Below are positions 39,285 through 50,724 of a DNA stretch of 64,000 nt, piece after piece. This DNA comes from Fidelibacterota bacterium (GTDB taxonomy: Bacteria > Fidelibacterota > UBA8477 > JABMPR01). A program made the position numbers and the translations under genes. The stretch is from contig JADHUM010000003.1 of NCBI GenBank assembly GCA_016784545.1, positions 3,983 to 67,982 on the forward strand. Reading direction: 5' to 3'. Position 1 is the stretch's first letter; each line of letters opens with the position of its first letter. The notes under the pieces are model-generated. The model had not been told where the DNA came from and ran no database searches. It worked only from the letters and a program-made list of their open reading frames with translations.

Positions 39285-41033
39285 TTATAAGACAATGGAC
39301 ATCTGTAAGCTGAGGGCAAGTTGTTTGGGGGAAACGGGGAATTCAAAGGAGCGAGTTTGAACCAATTTCAACTCGATGTGAAACCAATTGACCACCCCTT
39401 GTTTTAGATATAAGAACCATCGATCACCATCATCAAAAGCTGTATAAAAACCAAAGCTTTCTGCCACGCTGGTCTCATAAACACTTAATCTCATGGTGTA
39501 GTCCGGGATAGAAAATCTTACATAACCCAATGACCATTTCCAGCTACCCTTTTCGCAGGACAGGCGCTGTTGAATCAGGAAAGCTGACTCCGTTTGATGA
39601 AACGCAGATTTTATATTTAAACGATATTCAAAATGGGGTGAAAATATATGCGTAAGGGACAGCGCCCCCTTTGTTAGCGTGCGACTTGAAAACTGACCCG
39701 CCCAGATATCCCCTTCCAGAACTGGGCGCTCTTTTTTTTGACTAAAATCTATCTGCACAACCCCTTTATCCAGTTTCTGGAGGACCTGAAATTTGTGCTG
39801 CTGAATACTCCGGTAATCATGAGCAGATTGAAGCTCAATGGGATACCCACTATCGAGGGCATAGCGGATTTGCAGTTTATGCCAGGGACGGAGTTGAACA
39901 CGGACTGAGAGTCCCTCCTCATTCGATGCAGAAGTACCCAGGAGGGTTGAAATTGCCCCGGGGGCGAGGACTTCATCTGAGATAAAATGTCTATATTGAA
40001 GCGACACATGCAGTTCTGATGTAAGATAAGCCCAGGTGCCGATTACCCGGTGGTTCTTGAAATCAAGGCTATTTGTATAAAATTGTATCTTTTGGGAGCA
40101 CCCCAATTCACTTGCAAGTCCTAGCTCATAGGCGAGCCCTGCTTGCATATTGGGATTGTAAATGGTAGATCCATAAACCTGGAATCCTGTTGAGACTGTC
40201 TCCAAGGCCAATCCAATATCGTTTGCCCGTCTGTAATCATAGATTCTTCCAGCAGGGTGAATTCCATCTCCATCGATTGTGAATTGACTCCCATGCATGG
40301 TACCTTCAACTATTCGGCTGGAGATAAATGCTGCTCCATGAATTTCTCTAAACGAAAAGCAACTTGCAATCCCACGAAAATAATCAATCTCTCTACTTGA
40401 ATAATGAGGCCGGATTGTTGATTGCCTTGTGCGGAGGAGTGATCCTGGATGTAGACTTGGGCGCGATCCCTGCTGATTTAGAATTAATCCGCCACCCCAG
40501 TTTACATGAAAATCACCAAGAATGACATTGTCAAGCCTTGGAATAGATTGACTACTCAAGGTGATGATGGAATGGTCTGTTAAATCACGTTCACCCGGGT
40601 CTTGCTCACTAAGAATCGTTACTGATCCCCATCTATTCCATAAGCGACCTTTATTCAGAACACGCCAGCCATCCAGGGAGGGGGAATATTGTAAACGTTG
40701 TCGCAATTGGATTTGAGTCTGCTGAGATTCCTGTTTTATATCATTCTTCAAAAGGATTAAATCACTTCCATGGATTTTCCGCCGCAGAGAGGTGAGGCTA
40801 CCCCCACTCCCCTGCCAATTAAGAATTGTCTCAATTGCCTCAGGGGAATAACCATGCTCAACCAGAGCGTTGGTATCAGCCGTTTCAATTAAAAATGGTT
40901 GAAATATCGTAGTTAGTAATTGCTCCAGGTATTGCGTCTCATCAGGATCATCCAACTCGTTCTCCTCCAGGATTCCATGATACTGAGGATATGCAATCAG
41001 GGGGAGTATTAAGAAAGCAATGATCTGTCTCAT
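39285..41033 (-). CDS. Secreted protein with an N-terminal ComEA-like helix-hairpin-helix segment and a large beta-rich C-terminal domain; function unknown.
   Basis: Signal peptide. IETADTNALVE...EAIETILNW..GSLTSLRRKIHG resembles a ComEA HhH. The stop overlaps the downstream amiC? No: the start overlaps the upstream gene's stop by 4 nt. Confidence 0.35.
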   Translation of the reverse strand: MRQIIAFLILPLIAYPQYHGILEENELDDPDETQYLEQLLTTIFQPFLIETADTNALVEHGYSPEAIETILNWQGSGGSLTSLRRKIHGSDLILLKNDIKQESQQTQIQLRQRLQYSPSLDGWRVLNKGRLWNRWGSVTILSEQDPGERDLTDHSIITLSSQSIPRLDNVILGDFHVNWGGGLILNQQGSRPSLHPGSLLRTRQSTIRPHYSSREIDYFRGIASCFSFREIHGAAFISSRIVEGTMHGSQFTIDGDGIHPAGRIYDYRRANDIGLALETVSTGFQVYGSTIYNPNMQAGLAYELGLASELGCSQKIQFYTNSLDFKNHRVIGTWAYLTSELHVSLQYRHFISDEVLAPGAISTLLGTSASNEEGLSVRVQLRPWHKLQIRYALDSGYPIELQSAHDYRSIQQHKFQVLQKLDKGVVQIDFSQKKERPVLEGDIWAGQFSSRTLTKGALSLTHIFSPHFEYRLNIKSAFHQTESAFLIQQRLSCEKGSWKWSLGYVRFSIPDYTMRLSVYETSVAESFGFYTAFDDGDRWFLYLKQGVVNWFHIELKLVQTRSFEFPVSPKQLALSLQMSIVL

Positions 41034-41845
41034 GGAATCTCAAGTTCCAGGCCAAAACCATGTGACACAGGTAAATGGGGGTGCATTACACAGACATAGT
41101 GAAACGCAAAATTTCGTGTTCGAATTCGCCAACCAGCTGACATCATCCCGCTAAGATCTCTATACCCAACACCAATCTGCCAGAATGACCTGGAAGCAAG
41201 CTGCAATCCCAGACATGTCTCCAATGGCAGGGCAGACTCTTTCTCAAGGGCAATTGCAATTTTGGCCGGTCCAACCACATATTCCCCACCCATATGAAAT
41301 TTCTGGGGAAGTGATAGAACGTCCCCCCATTGAATGACATGTTCCATCACCGAGCCCACCTTGAGTTGATCAGATATTTCGGCATAAGAGCTCAAGGATA
41401 AGGATATGGCATACTGCGGAGTTATGCCTGACATGGAAAGATGATGATAGTTCAATGTCACTCCAACTCTATAACCCTTTTCAATGATCCAGGCTGAACC
41501 ATTGACAAGTTTTAGCTCAGAATAATGATCATCTCCGAAATACTCCAAATGGTGAATATACGGTCTTTGTTTGAATGAATTTTGAATGGTAACCGAGCCA
41601 GCCTGAAGACCCAGCGATTGAAATGGGTTTTGGTAGGAAAGAATAATTTGGGTGGATGGACTTATCACCATCAAAGCTGGATTTACTGCAGACTGATGAG
41701 GATGTTGTCCCAGAACCCGAATGTTCGCCGTCGCAGCTGGCCATCCCAGACCTATATACTCGAAGGCACCGAACACTGGAGGTATGCGTGATATGGCTGC
41801 AAAAAGCACAGCACATACACACATCATTTTTTTGATGTGAATCAT
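41030..41845 (-). CDS. Secreted, probable outer-membrane protein; function unknown.
   Basis: Signal peptide and beta-strand-rich composition. It is first in the apparent operon with the HhH protein, amiC, murI and folC. Confidence 0.35.
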   Translation of the reverse strand: MIHIKKMMCVCAVLFAAISRIPPVFGAFEYIGLGWPAATANIRVLGQHPHQSAVNPALMVISPSTQIILSYQNPFQSLGLQAGSVTIQNSFKQRPYIHHLEYFGDDHYSELKLVNGSAWIIEKGYRVGVTLNYHHLSMSGITPQYAISLSLSSYAEISDQLKVGSVMEHVIQWGDVLSLPQKFHMGGEYVVGPAKIAIALEKESALPLETCLGLQLASRSFWQIGVGYRDLSGMMSAGWRIRTRNFAFHYVCVMHPHLPVSHGFGLELEIP

Positions 41846-41947
41846 GATTTTTCCAACTTTTGACTTTGAGGATTGTTTTTAAAGTGTAGGCTATATTAAT
41901 GTATAAATCGGCGTGTGGCAACCACTTTCAATGGAGGAATATAAACT

Positions 41948-42199
41948 ATGATCCAAACTTTTTCGAGAGAGATGAAGGACGAACTCATCCAGCAAATTAA
42001 AACCTATTTTCTAAATGAATTGAGTCAGGAATTAGGCAACTTTGAGGCAGAATTCCTGCTGGATTTTTTTAGTGAAAATATTGGTCCACACTATTACAAT
42101 CAGGCTATCCATGATGTTCAGAAACATCTCTCCGGATATGTTGATACACTCAATGAACGTATCGACGAGCTCGAAAAGCCCCTACCTGAATCTGCTTAG
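41948..42199 (+). CDS. DUF2164 domain protein.
   Basis: 83 aa with a conserved N-terminal region (MIQTFSREMKDELIQQIKTYF). Confidence 0.5.
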   Translation: MIQTFSREMKDELIQQIKTYFLNELSQELGNFEAEFLLDFFSENIGPHYYNQAIHDVQKHLSGYVDTLNERIDELEKPLPESA

Positions 42200-44070
42200 C
42201 GATAAACCAGGGTAAAGTAGACCTTGGGGAGTAGATATTCCCTGTCACCATCTTTCACGGATAAAAAACGCGCATCTCCCCTCAGGTGAAGGCGTTTGCC
42301 CAATCGATAATTTACACCCATCAAAGGTCCCTGACCTTGCCAATGATCGCTATCTCGAGAGGCAGTGGCGTAGTTGATGTCCCTTTGATGAGTCAGGTAC
42401 CCGAACCAACCTTCCCAGCCCCTATAGCTGTAATTAAGCTCCAGACTCAATTCGGATTGCTCTCTGCTGCTATTGACTTCCTGAATGAAAACATCCCATT
42501 TCAGTTTGCCTTCATCCTCCCAACGAAAAGCTGCCTTCGAACTAATTGACCAGCGTCGTCCAAAATTATATTTTAATTTTTTTGTAAGTTCCAGAGATCT
42601 GTGAACAAAACTGCGAGAGGGCTGGTCCAGCTCAATAAACAGGTCATCGTAATCATAGTCAAAATAATTGCTCCGTATGCGTGCGCGACCCCCTCCTGAC
42701 CACTTGTGCCTACGCCAGGTTACTCCTGACCATAAGACCAGATTACGGTTCCAATGATTTTCAGAACTTCGGGTATTGAAGAGATAAATGAGGTGGAATA
42801 ACCCCAACTTGGTGCCCAACTCAAGTCTATAAAATGGAGAGGGCTCCCAAATTGTCCTGATTTCTGTGTTTAGCCGCCACTCATCTCTATCATCATCATT
42901 GGTTGTATCTGGCGTATCATACTCAAGTCTTGAAAGAGAGGATATCCATATGAGTGTGTCCAAAGGTCCCACCTTTTGCCAAAGCAGAGACTCCTTCAGT
43001 TGGTAAAGAATCTGGGTATAATCAACATAGTATTTATTCTGAGAATTCTCAATTTTGAATGCCGTCAAAGTTGAAAAGTTGGGATTGTTCAACTCAAGCG
43101 AGGTTTCGTTTAACAGCGAAAATCGTTTCCTATCCTCACTTGACAAGTTAAGAGTTGATGTTTGATCAACTCGTTTTCGACTGATCTTTGTCAACTGGTC
43201 TCCCCAATCCAGGCGATGAGAGAGGTGGAGGTTTTTTCCCAGGTGATAGGTGAACATATTCTGCCAATTCAGGTTTTCATTATTCCTGGACTGAGAACTT
43301 CCCAGTGAGTCAGTAAAAAATGCCTGCAATCGTGCTTCTCTGTAAATTGAAGTTTGAAAAGTGGAAATATCACCAAAGCGAACGTGGTACTCTCCCCGGG
43401 CATTCAGGGTGTGATTCAAATGCTCGGTTAATTGATCCCGGGATCCATTAATATTGATTAATGATCGCTGCCCTGGAGATTGCCAGGACTTGCCCAGATC
43501 CAGCTCAGTCGTCCACCCTTTATCAACAATCCCGTAACGCTCTACGGACCTACCGCCAACGAATAGGGACAGATTATCATTGTGCTTCAAACCAGCGAGT
43601 AAAGCCCAATTGTCAATGGATGATGCCAGACCAGTGCGATGATCCTGATGTTGGCCACTCTCCAGACGAATACTCTTACCACGATTTTCACCCCATGAAA
43701 AATCACCACGTAGTCGATGCTCTATGGAATATTGTTTGTCATCCGAGAGGTCACTATCATATGAGAATACTTTGTACTTGAGTACATCGTTGATCTGGAT
43801 ATCGCTATTCGAAAAATGTTGCTTATAATTGAGTTGAAAATCGTTATTGGTGGAGAGATTATCCTGACGAAAAATATAGGCTAGCGAATCTCTACCCTCA
43901 GCTACCAAGCTACCATGTAAGAGCACACCCAGGACAAGGGTGGTTAATAAGTCCCAAAAAAAGGGAAGCAGGTTGTGAGTTGTATTTAATAGCGATGAGG
44001 ATAGACCGGGCTTGTCAATTTCAGCCTCGAAGCCACTCCTCTGGGAAGTATGATATTGCCAGATCAGCAA
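42196..44070 (-). CDS. Large secreted or outer-membrane beta-rich protein; function unknown.
   Basis: Hydrophobic N-terminal segment and a strand-like C-terminus (YFTLVYR). Downstream of ftsB and eno on the same strand. Confidence 0.35.
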   Translation of the reverse strand: MLIWQYHTSQRSGFEAEIDKPGLSSSLLNTTHNLLPFFWDLLTTLVLGVLLHGSLVAEGRDSLAYIFRQDNLSTNNDFQLNYKQHFSNSDIQINDVLKYKVFSYDSDLSDDKQYSIEHRLRGDFSWGENRGKSIRLESGQHQDHRTGLASSIDNWALLAGLKHNDNLSLFVGGRSVERYGIVDKGWTTELDLGKSWQSPGQRSLININGSRDQLTEHLNHTLNARGEYHVRFGDISTFQTSIYREARLQAFFTDSLGSSQSRNNENLNWQNMFTYHLGKNLHLSHRLDWGDQLTKISRKRVDQTSTLNLSSEDRKRFSLLNETSLELNNPNFSTLTAFKIENSQNKYYVDYTQILYQLKESLLWQKVGPLDTLIWISSLSRLEYDTPDTTNDDDRDEWRLNTEIRTIWEPSPFYRLELGTKLGLFHLIYLFNTRSSENHWNRNLVLWSGVTWRRHKWSGGGRARIRSNYFDYDYDDLFIELDQPSRSFVHRSLELTKKLKYNFGRRWSISSKAAFRWEDEGKLKWDVFIQEVNSSREQSELSLELNYSYRGWEGWFGYLTHQRDINYATASRDSDHWQGQGPLMGVNYRLGKRLHLRGDARFLSVKDGDREYLLPKVYFTLVYR

Positions 44071-44129
44071 TCAATTCTCATGCTTTATGAGACGTACGAA
44101 TTTCGAACTCTGCTTGCAGGGTGATCCAT

Positions 44130-44492
44130 TTACCTGGTTTCGCCTTGTTTTTTGGTTTCGGTAACAACATGGAACACCTTTTCACCTGGTTTCGCCATAC
44201 GAAATCTCTCCCGGGCGATGCGCTCCAGATAGTCTGGATCGTTTAATAAACGGTCACGCTCACTCTCTAACTCGGCCTTCTCAATTTCCAGGCGAGAAAT
44301 ATGTGCTTCCATATCCCTGATTTCCTGCTTGAGCTGGAGGAGACTGTAGAGTCCTTCGTCTCTCATCACGAAGATCTGGAACAAAATCAATAAAATAATG
44401 GCTCCTGATATCCAGGCGACTTTATTTCCGAATATACCTCCCGAATTTCGGGAAGAGCGACTTGTTGTTGAGCGTGACCCTCTATTTGCCAT
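44130..44492 (-). CDS. ftsB: Septum formation initiator (FtsB/DivIC family).
   Basis: Single TM plus coiled-coil (LKQEIRDMEAHISRLEIEKAELESERDRL). Conserved position after eno. Confidence 0.7.
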   Translation of the reverse strand: MANRGSRSTTSRSSRNSGGIFGNKVAWISGAIILLILFQIFVMRDEGLYSLLQLKQEIRDMEAHISRLEIEKAELESERDRLLNDPDYLERIARERFRMAKPGEKVFHVVTETKKQGETR

Positions 44493-44500
44493 GTGAATCC

Positions 44501-45811
<1,311 letters not shown>

Positions 45812-46046
45812 TTATGGGGTAATTAATAGTGTTCAGTGCAGTACTCATCGGCTTACAATGTAATCTAAAAGCATTGGGTCTGAAAGCGTGAGAGTTGAAA
45901 GTATGAAAACTCAGTTTCATTAACATCAGATACGAACCGGTGACAATCGCTCAGCTCGGTTACAAACCATTTCTCATACTTCAGACCTGTCAGTGGTGAA
46001 CAGGAATTTTGATAGCCTTCAGCACTTGCAAAAACTATTATAAAGC

Positions 46047-47039
46047 ATGCTGGACACTAAACTTTCACATTTAATCCTGAGTATGCTGAGCATTATCCTT
46101 TTTGGGACCACTGGTTATGTGATTATTGAGCATGTCGGATGGTTTGATGCCTTCTATATGACGGCTATTACCCTGGCTACAGTAGGATTTCAAGAGGTCT
46201 GGGAGATGTCTGATCTTGGTCATCTCTGGACCATTGTTATTATGTTTTCAGGAATTGGTATGTTCTTCCTGATCGCTGGTCATATTGCAACGCAAGCGGT
46301 GGATCTCAAACGTTACAGGAGGTTTCGCATGGCGAAACGAGTTAAAAAATTAAACGAACACTTCATTCTGTGCGGCTATGGACGCATGGGACAAGCCATT
46401 GCCAGAGAGCTACTAAGCGCAGGTAAAAGTTTTGTAGTGATTGAAAAAGATGAAGATAAAATTGCTACCCTCATACAAAATGATATTGTCCTTGTAGAAG
46501 GAGATGCAACGCGGGACGAGGTCCTGTTGAATGCGGGAATTGAAAAAGCCACCACGCTTATTGGCGTTTTGAGAGATGATCAGGACAATCTGTTTTTAAC
46601 CCTCTCGGCCAGAAGTTTGAGGAACGATCTTTTAATTCTAACCAGAGCTGCAGTTCCGGCATCTATTGCTAAGATGACCCGGGCGGGTGCAAACCATGTG
46701 ATCAACCCCTATGAAGCAGCAGGAACAAAATTGGCGCGGCAGGCTATGGCCCCAGGTGTTGTCGATTTCATCGAACTCATCATGAATAGAGGGAATCTTG
46801 ACCTGGTCCTGGAAACCATCATCATTGAAGCAAACTCCCGCGCGGAAGGCAAATCACTCATCGATCTTGAAGTCCGCAAAAATCATGATATCATCATCAC
46901 CGCCGTTGAACAACGCACTGGTGAGGCGAACTTTAATCCTGATCCCAACTATAAGTTGAATGTCGATGATAAATTAATCGCCCTGGGCTCAAAGGAAAAT
47001 CTCATTGGCTTTGAGAAACTTTGTGAGGCTTTGATTTAA
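46047..47039 (+). CDS. 2-TM ion-channel protein with a C-terminal RCK/TrkA-N domain and a non-canonical selectivity filter.
   Basis: Pore region ITLATVGFQEV instead of TVGYGD. Rossmann GxGxxG (CGYGRMG) in the RCK domain. Confidence 0.7.
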   Translation: MLDTKLSHLILSMLSIILFGTTGYVIIEHVGWFDAFYMTAITLATVGFQEVWEMSDLGHLWTIVIMFSGIGMFFLIAGHIATQAVDLKRYRRFRMAKRVKKLNEHFILCGYGRMGQAIARELLSAGKSFVVIEKDEDKIATLIQNDIVLVEGDATRDEVLLNAGIEKATTLIGVLRDDQDNLFLTLSARSLRNDLLILTRAAVPASIAKMTRAGANHVINPYEAAGTKLARQAMAPGVVDFIELIMNRGNLDLVLETIIIEANSRAEGKSLIDLEVRKNHDIIITAVEQRTGEANFNPDPNYKLNVDDKLIALGSKENLIGFEKLCEALI

Positions 47040-47131
47040 AGTTGCAGAGACATACTTGAGGGTCGTCCGCAGATCAACAAATCGCTGATAATTTTAAATT
47101 GTAAATAAATAAGATGAATTAGGAAAAAAGA

Positions 47132-48232
47132 ATGGCTTTAACCTGTGGAATTGTTGGACTACCAAACGTCGGTAAATCAACGGTTTTTAATGCGCTAACC
47201 GCTTCGGATATCCCTGCTGAAAATTATCCCTTTTGCACCATCGACCCCAATGTGGGTATTGTGCCAATCCCTGATGATAAGTTGCAGGCATTGGCAAGGA
47301 TATATGAACCAGAAAAGACCACCCCTGCTGTTATGGAATTTGTTGATATTGCTGGTTTGGTAAGGGGAGCCAGCAAAGGGGAGGGTCTGGGGAATCAGTT
47401 TCTGGGACACATTCGAGAGGTGACGGCAATCGTCCATGTCGTTCGCTGTTTCGAAGATGACAACGTCACCCATGTGGAGGGTTCTATTGACCCCATCAGA
47501 GACATTGAAACCATTGAAAGTGAACTGATCATCAAGGACCTTGATTCTGTTGAAAAACAGCTTCATCGTGTTACAAAACTCGCTCGATCAGGTGATAAAG
47601 GTGCCAAAGCGGATGAAGCATTACTCACCAAAATCAGAGAGCACCTCGACGAAATCAACCCCGTTCGGAGCATGGATCTGGAAGCGGATGAAACCACTCG
47701 AACCAAGAGCTACTTTTTACTCACCATGAAACCCATACTCTATGTGGCAAATGTGGATGAAAATGAAATTTTGGCTGAAAAACGTAGTTCTCTGACCCAG
47801 CGTTTGTTCGATTATGCAGAAGCCACTGGAGCCGGAGCTTTACGTCTCTGCGGCAAGCTTGAGCAAGAGATCGCCATATTGGACGAAGCGGAAAAACTTG
47901 ATTTTTGTGAGGAATACGGTCTGGCTGAACCTGGTCTCAATAAACTGATCCATCGGGCATACGACCTATTGCATCTCCAATCATTTTATACAGCCGGCCC
48001 TAAAGAAGTGAGAGCCTGGACCATCAAAAAGGGTTCAACCGCACCCAAAGCTGCTGCTGAAATTCATACTGATTTCGAGAAGGGTTTCATCAAAGCGGCC
48101 ATCTTCAAGTTCGATGATCTTATGATTCATGGTTCTGAGAAGGTGCTGAAGGAAAAGGGTCTAATATCCTTACAGGGCAAGGAGTATATTGTTCAAGAAG
48201 GTGACTGCATCTACTTCCACTTTAATGTATAA
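47132..48232 (+). CDS. ychF: Redox-regulated ribosome-binding ATPase YchF.
   Basis: [10 protein letters not shown]-loop, a TGS domain, and an Obg-family arrangement. Confidence 0.9.
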   Translation: MALTCGIVGLPNVGKSTVFNALTASDIPAENYPFCTIDPNVGIVPIPDDKLQALARIYEPEKTTPAVMEFVDIAGLVRGASKGEGLGNQFLGHIREVTAIVHVVRCFEDDNVTHVEGSIDPIRDIETIESELIIKDLDSVEKQLHRVTKLARSGDKGAKADEALLTKIREHLDEINPVRSMDLEADETTRTKSYFLLTMKPILYVANVDENEILAEKRSSLTQRLFDYAEATGAGALRLCGKLEQEIAILDEAEKLDFCEEYGLAEPGLNKLIHRAYDLLHLQSFYTAGPKEVRAWTIKKGSTAPKAAAEIHTDFEKGFIKAAIFKFDDLMIHGSEKVLKEKGLISLQGKEYIVQEGDCIYFHFNV

Positions 48233-48248
48233 TTAAGGCAAGCGCTGC

Positions 48249-49049
48249 ATGCCCAAACTGGATCAAATATCAATTTACCCTATCAAATCCTGCTCTGGAA
48301 TTAATCTCCAAACCAGTGAGGTACTGGATCGTGGGTTTCCCCTGGACAGAAGATGGCTGCTGGTTGACCAGGGGGGTCAGTTTATCTCTCAACGTACAAC
48401 TCCTCTGCTGGGTCAGATCAGAATCTCTCTAAATGGTGACCAGCTCCTTGTGAACTACCCTGGTAAATCCCCACTCAACCTGAACTTGAATGTTCAAAGT
48501 AATATTCGGCACAAGGCCATGATCTGGAAGGATAAGGTAGATGGTTTATGGGTAGACCAGGAATGTGATGCCTGGTTTAGTGATGTGTTGGGACGAGAGG
48601 TTCAACTCATCCATATGAATGAAAAAGTCCATCGACCTCTGACAAAAGATAGTCTCCCACAGGATCGCTTGTTTGAAGTCAGTTTTGCCGATGGATATCC
48701 CTACCTTCTGACTTCCCAGGCATCCCTTGATGACCTCAATAGCCGACTTACAAACCCTGTTCCCATGGATAGATTTCGAGCCAATCTGGTGGTGAGTGGA
48801 TTTGAGGCATTTGCTGAAGATTCATGGAAAAGGATCAGTATCGGTGAAGTCGAGCTTATGGTGGTAAAACCCTGTGCTCGCTGCCAAGTCACAACAATCG
48901 ATCAACAGACAGGCACTTCCTCCAAAGAACCTTTAAAAACCCTGGCGACCTATCGAAAGCAAGATGGGAAGGTCATGTTCGGCATGAATCTCGTTGCCCT
49001 GACTACAGGGACTGTAAATCTAAATGACCCCATTTTAATAATTGGATGA
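48249..49049 (+). CDS. MOSC domain protein (YcbX-like).
   Basis: Conserved Cys (VVKPCARCQVTT) in a MOSC beta-barrel context. Confidence 0.65.
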   Translation: MPKLDQISIYPIKSCSGINLQTSEVLDRGFPLDRRWLLVDQGGQFISQRTTPLLGQIRISLNGDQLLVNYPGKSPLNLNLNVQSNIRHKAMIWKDKVDGLWVDQECDAWFSDVLGREVQLIHMNEKVHRPLTKDSLPQDRLFEVSFADGYPYLLTSQASLDDLNSRLTNPVPMDRFRANLVVSGFEAFAEDSWKRISIGEVELMVVKPCARCQVTTIDQQTGTSSKEPLKTLATYRKQDGKVMFGMNLVALTTGTVNLNDPILIIG

Positions 49050-49807
49050 GACTCCATTACCGAAAATATGGAAAGGGCGAGCCCCTTATCATATTACACG
49101 GTCTTTTTGGGTCGTCAGATAACTGGCACACCCTGGCCCGCCGATGGGGACAAACATTTCAAGTTTTCACTTTGGATCAGCGGAACCATGGCAGCTCACC
49201 TCATGAATCAGCCATGGATTATACAGAGCTGGCCCGGGACCTCCATCAATTCATCGCTCAGGAACGACTGGAACATGTCCATATTGTGGGACACTCTATG
49301 GGGGGTAAGGTTGGGATGCTCTTTGCCTCCACCTATCCAGATCTGGTCAGGAGTTTAACGGTTCTGGATATTGGGATTGATCGTGTCGAAGGGAAACATG
49401 AGTTCATTCTAAAAGCATTATCATCAATTAATCCTGAGGAGTTTTCAGCTCGAGAGGAAATCAAAGAGGAGCTTCAAACCCTTATTGAGTCATCCCCTAT
49501 TCAACAATTTCTACTTAAAAACATCCTGAGGAGACTTGATGGTAGTCTGGGCTGGAAATTCAATCGAGATGCACTCCTGGAGCATTATGAGGACTTGACC
49601 TCAAGCCTGGATCTCAGCCAGCCCTTCATTGGTTCAGTTCTTTTTCTCCGGGGTGAAAATTCAGATTATCTGGAACCAGAGCTCTCTCCTGAAATTCTAC
49701 AATATTTTCCACTTGCACAATTGCAAACAATAGAAGGCGCCGGGCATTGGTTGCATGCAGACAAAGCTGATGAGTTGTTCGCATTGGTTGCAGATTTTAT
49801 CAGTTGA
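49046..49807 (+). CDS. Alpha/beta hydrolase fold esterase.
   Basis: HSMGG nucleophile elbow and a C-terminal His (GAGHWLH). Confidence 0.7.
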   Translation: MRLHYRKYGKGEPLIILHGLFGSSDNWHTLARRWGQTFQVFTLDQRNHGSSPHESAMDYTELARDLHQFIAQERLEHVHIVGHSMGGKVGMLFASTYPDLVRSLTVLDIGIDRVEGKHEFILKALSSINPEEFSAREEIKEELQTLIESSPIQQFLLKNILRRLDGSLGWKFNRDALLEHYEDLTSSLDLSQPFIGSVLFLRGENSDYLEPELSPEILQYFPLAQLQTIEGAGHWLHADKADELFALVADFIS

Positions 49808-49884
49808 TTGTCATCACTCCCTCCTGCATATTTTATGCACAAATATTTGTTATTTTTTTTAGCACTCTATAAGCGAGAGAAATT

Positions 49885-50586
49885 ATGAGAAAAGTTTTTA
49901 GCTCAATTGGCATAAGTATTGGCCTGGTCCTCATCACCGCTATCGTTTTCAACTGTGGTCCCACCCCGAAAGCGGCACCAGAGGTTATTGTTGATCCCTT
50001 GCGTTTTTCTGATGTAGTGGCAGGTTATAAATCTGCAGATTCCTTAAATAAGCCTCGCCCCAATTCCATCCTTTTCGTAGGTAGTTCGAGTATCCACGGC
50101 TGGAAATCTTTGGTATCAGATTTTCCCGAAGTCAATGCTGTGAATCGTGGCATGGGCGGCTCTCACATGTCAGACCTGATCTATTATCTGGATGATATTG
50201 TTTTCCCCTACCACCTCAATGCTATTTTGGTGTATGAAGGCGACAATGATATCGCCTCAGGTAAAACCCCTGAGAAGGTTCTCAGTGACTACAATATTTT
50301 TGTGTCAAGGGTTCTGGAAAAATGGCCCAAGATGCCCATCTTTTTCATCTCAATTAAACCGAGTTTGGCCCGTATCAAACACATGGAAAACATGGCCAAA
50401 GCCAACGCACTTATCAAAGCACGGACAGAAGAGACTAAAAATCTATACTATATTGATGTGTTTACACCCATGCTGGGAGAGGATGGAACTCCTCGGATAG
50501 ATATTTTTGGACATGATGGTTTGCATATGAATGAAGTTGGCTATGCGTTGTGGACAGAAGTGATTAAAGAGGAATTGGGACTATAA
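49885..50586 (+). CDS. SGNH/GDSL-family hydrolase (secreted).
   Basis: Signal peptide, GSSS block I, GxND block III, and a DGLH catalytic His block. Confidence 0.65.
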   Translation: MRKVFSSIGISIGLVLITAIVFNCGPTPKAAPEVIVDPLRFSDVVAGYKSADSLNKPRPNSILFVGSSSIHGWKSLVSDFPEVNAVNRGMGGSHMSDLIYYLDDIVFPYHLNAILVYEGDNDIASGKTPEKVLSDYNIFVSRVLEKWPKMPIFFISIKPSLARIKHMENMAKANALIKARTEETKNLYYIDVFTPMLGEDGTPRIDIFGHDGLHMNEVGYALWTEVIKEELGL

Positions 50587-50589
50587 GTC

Positions 50590-50653
50590 GATGAGTTGAT
50601 GAGTTGATGAGTTATTGAGTTATTGAGTTATTGAGTTATTGAGTTATTGAGTT
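50590..50653. repeat. Tandem octamer array (GATGAGTT)x3 (ATTGAGTT)x5.
   Basis: Direct reading; it starts 4 bp after the GDSL stop. Confidence 0.9.
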
Positions 50654-50724
50654 TAATGTGGAGATGCTTTGTGCGATGAGGAGTAACAACTTCAGGAGCA
50701 ACACAATATTGTGAGAATAACATC

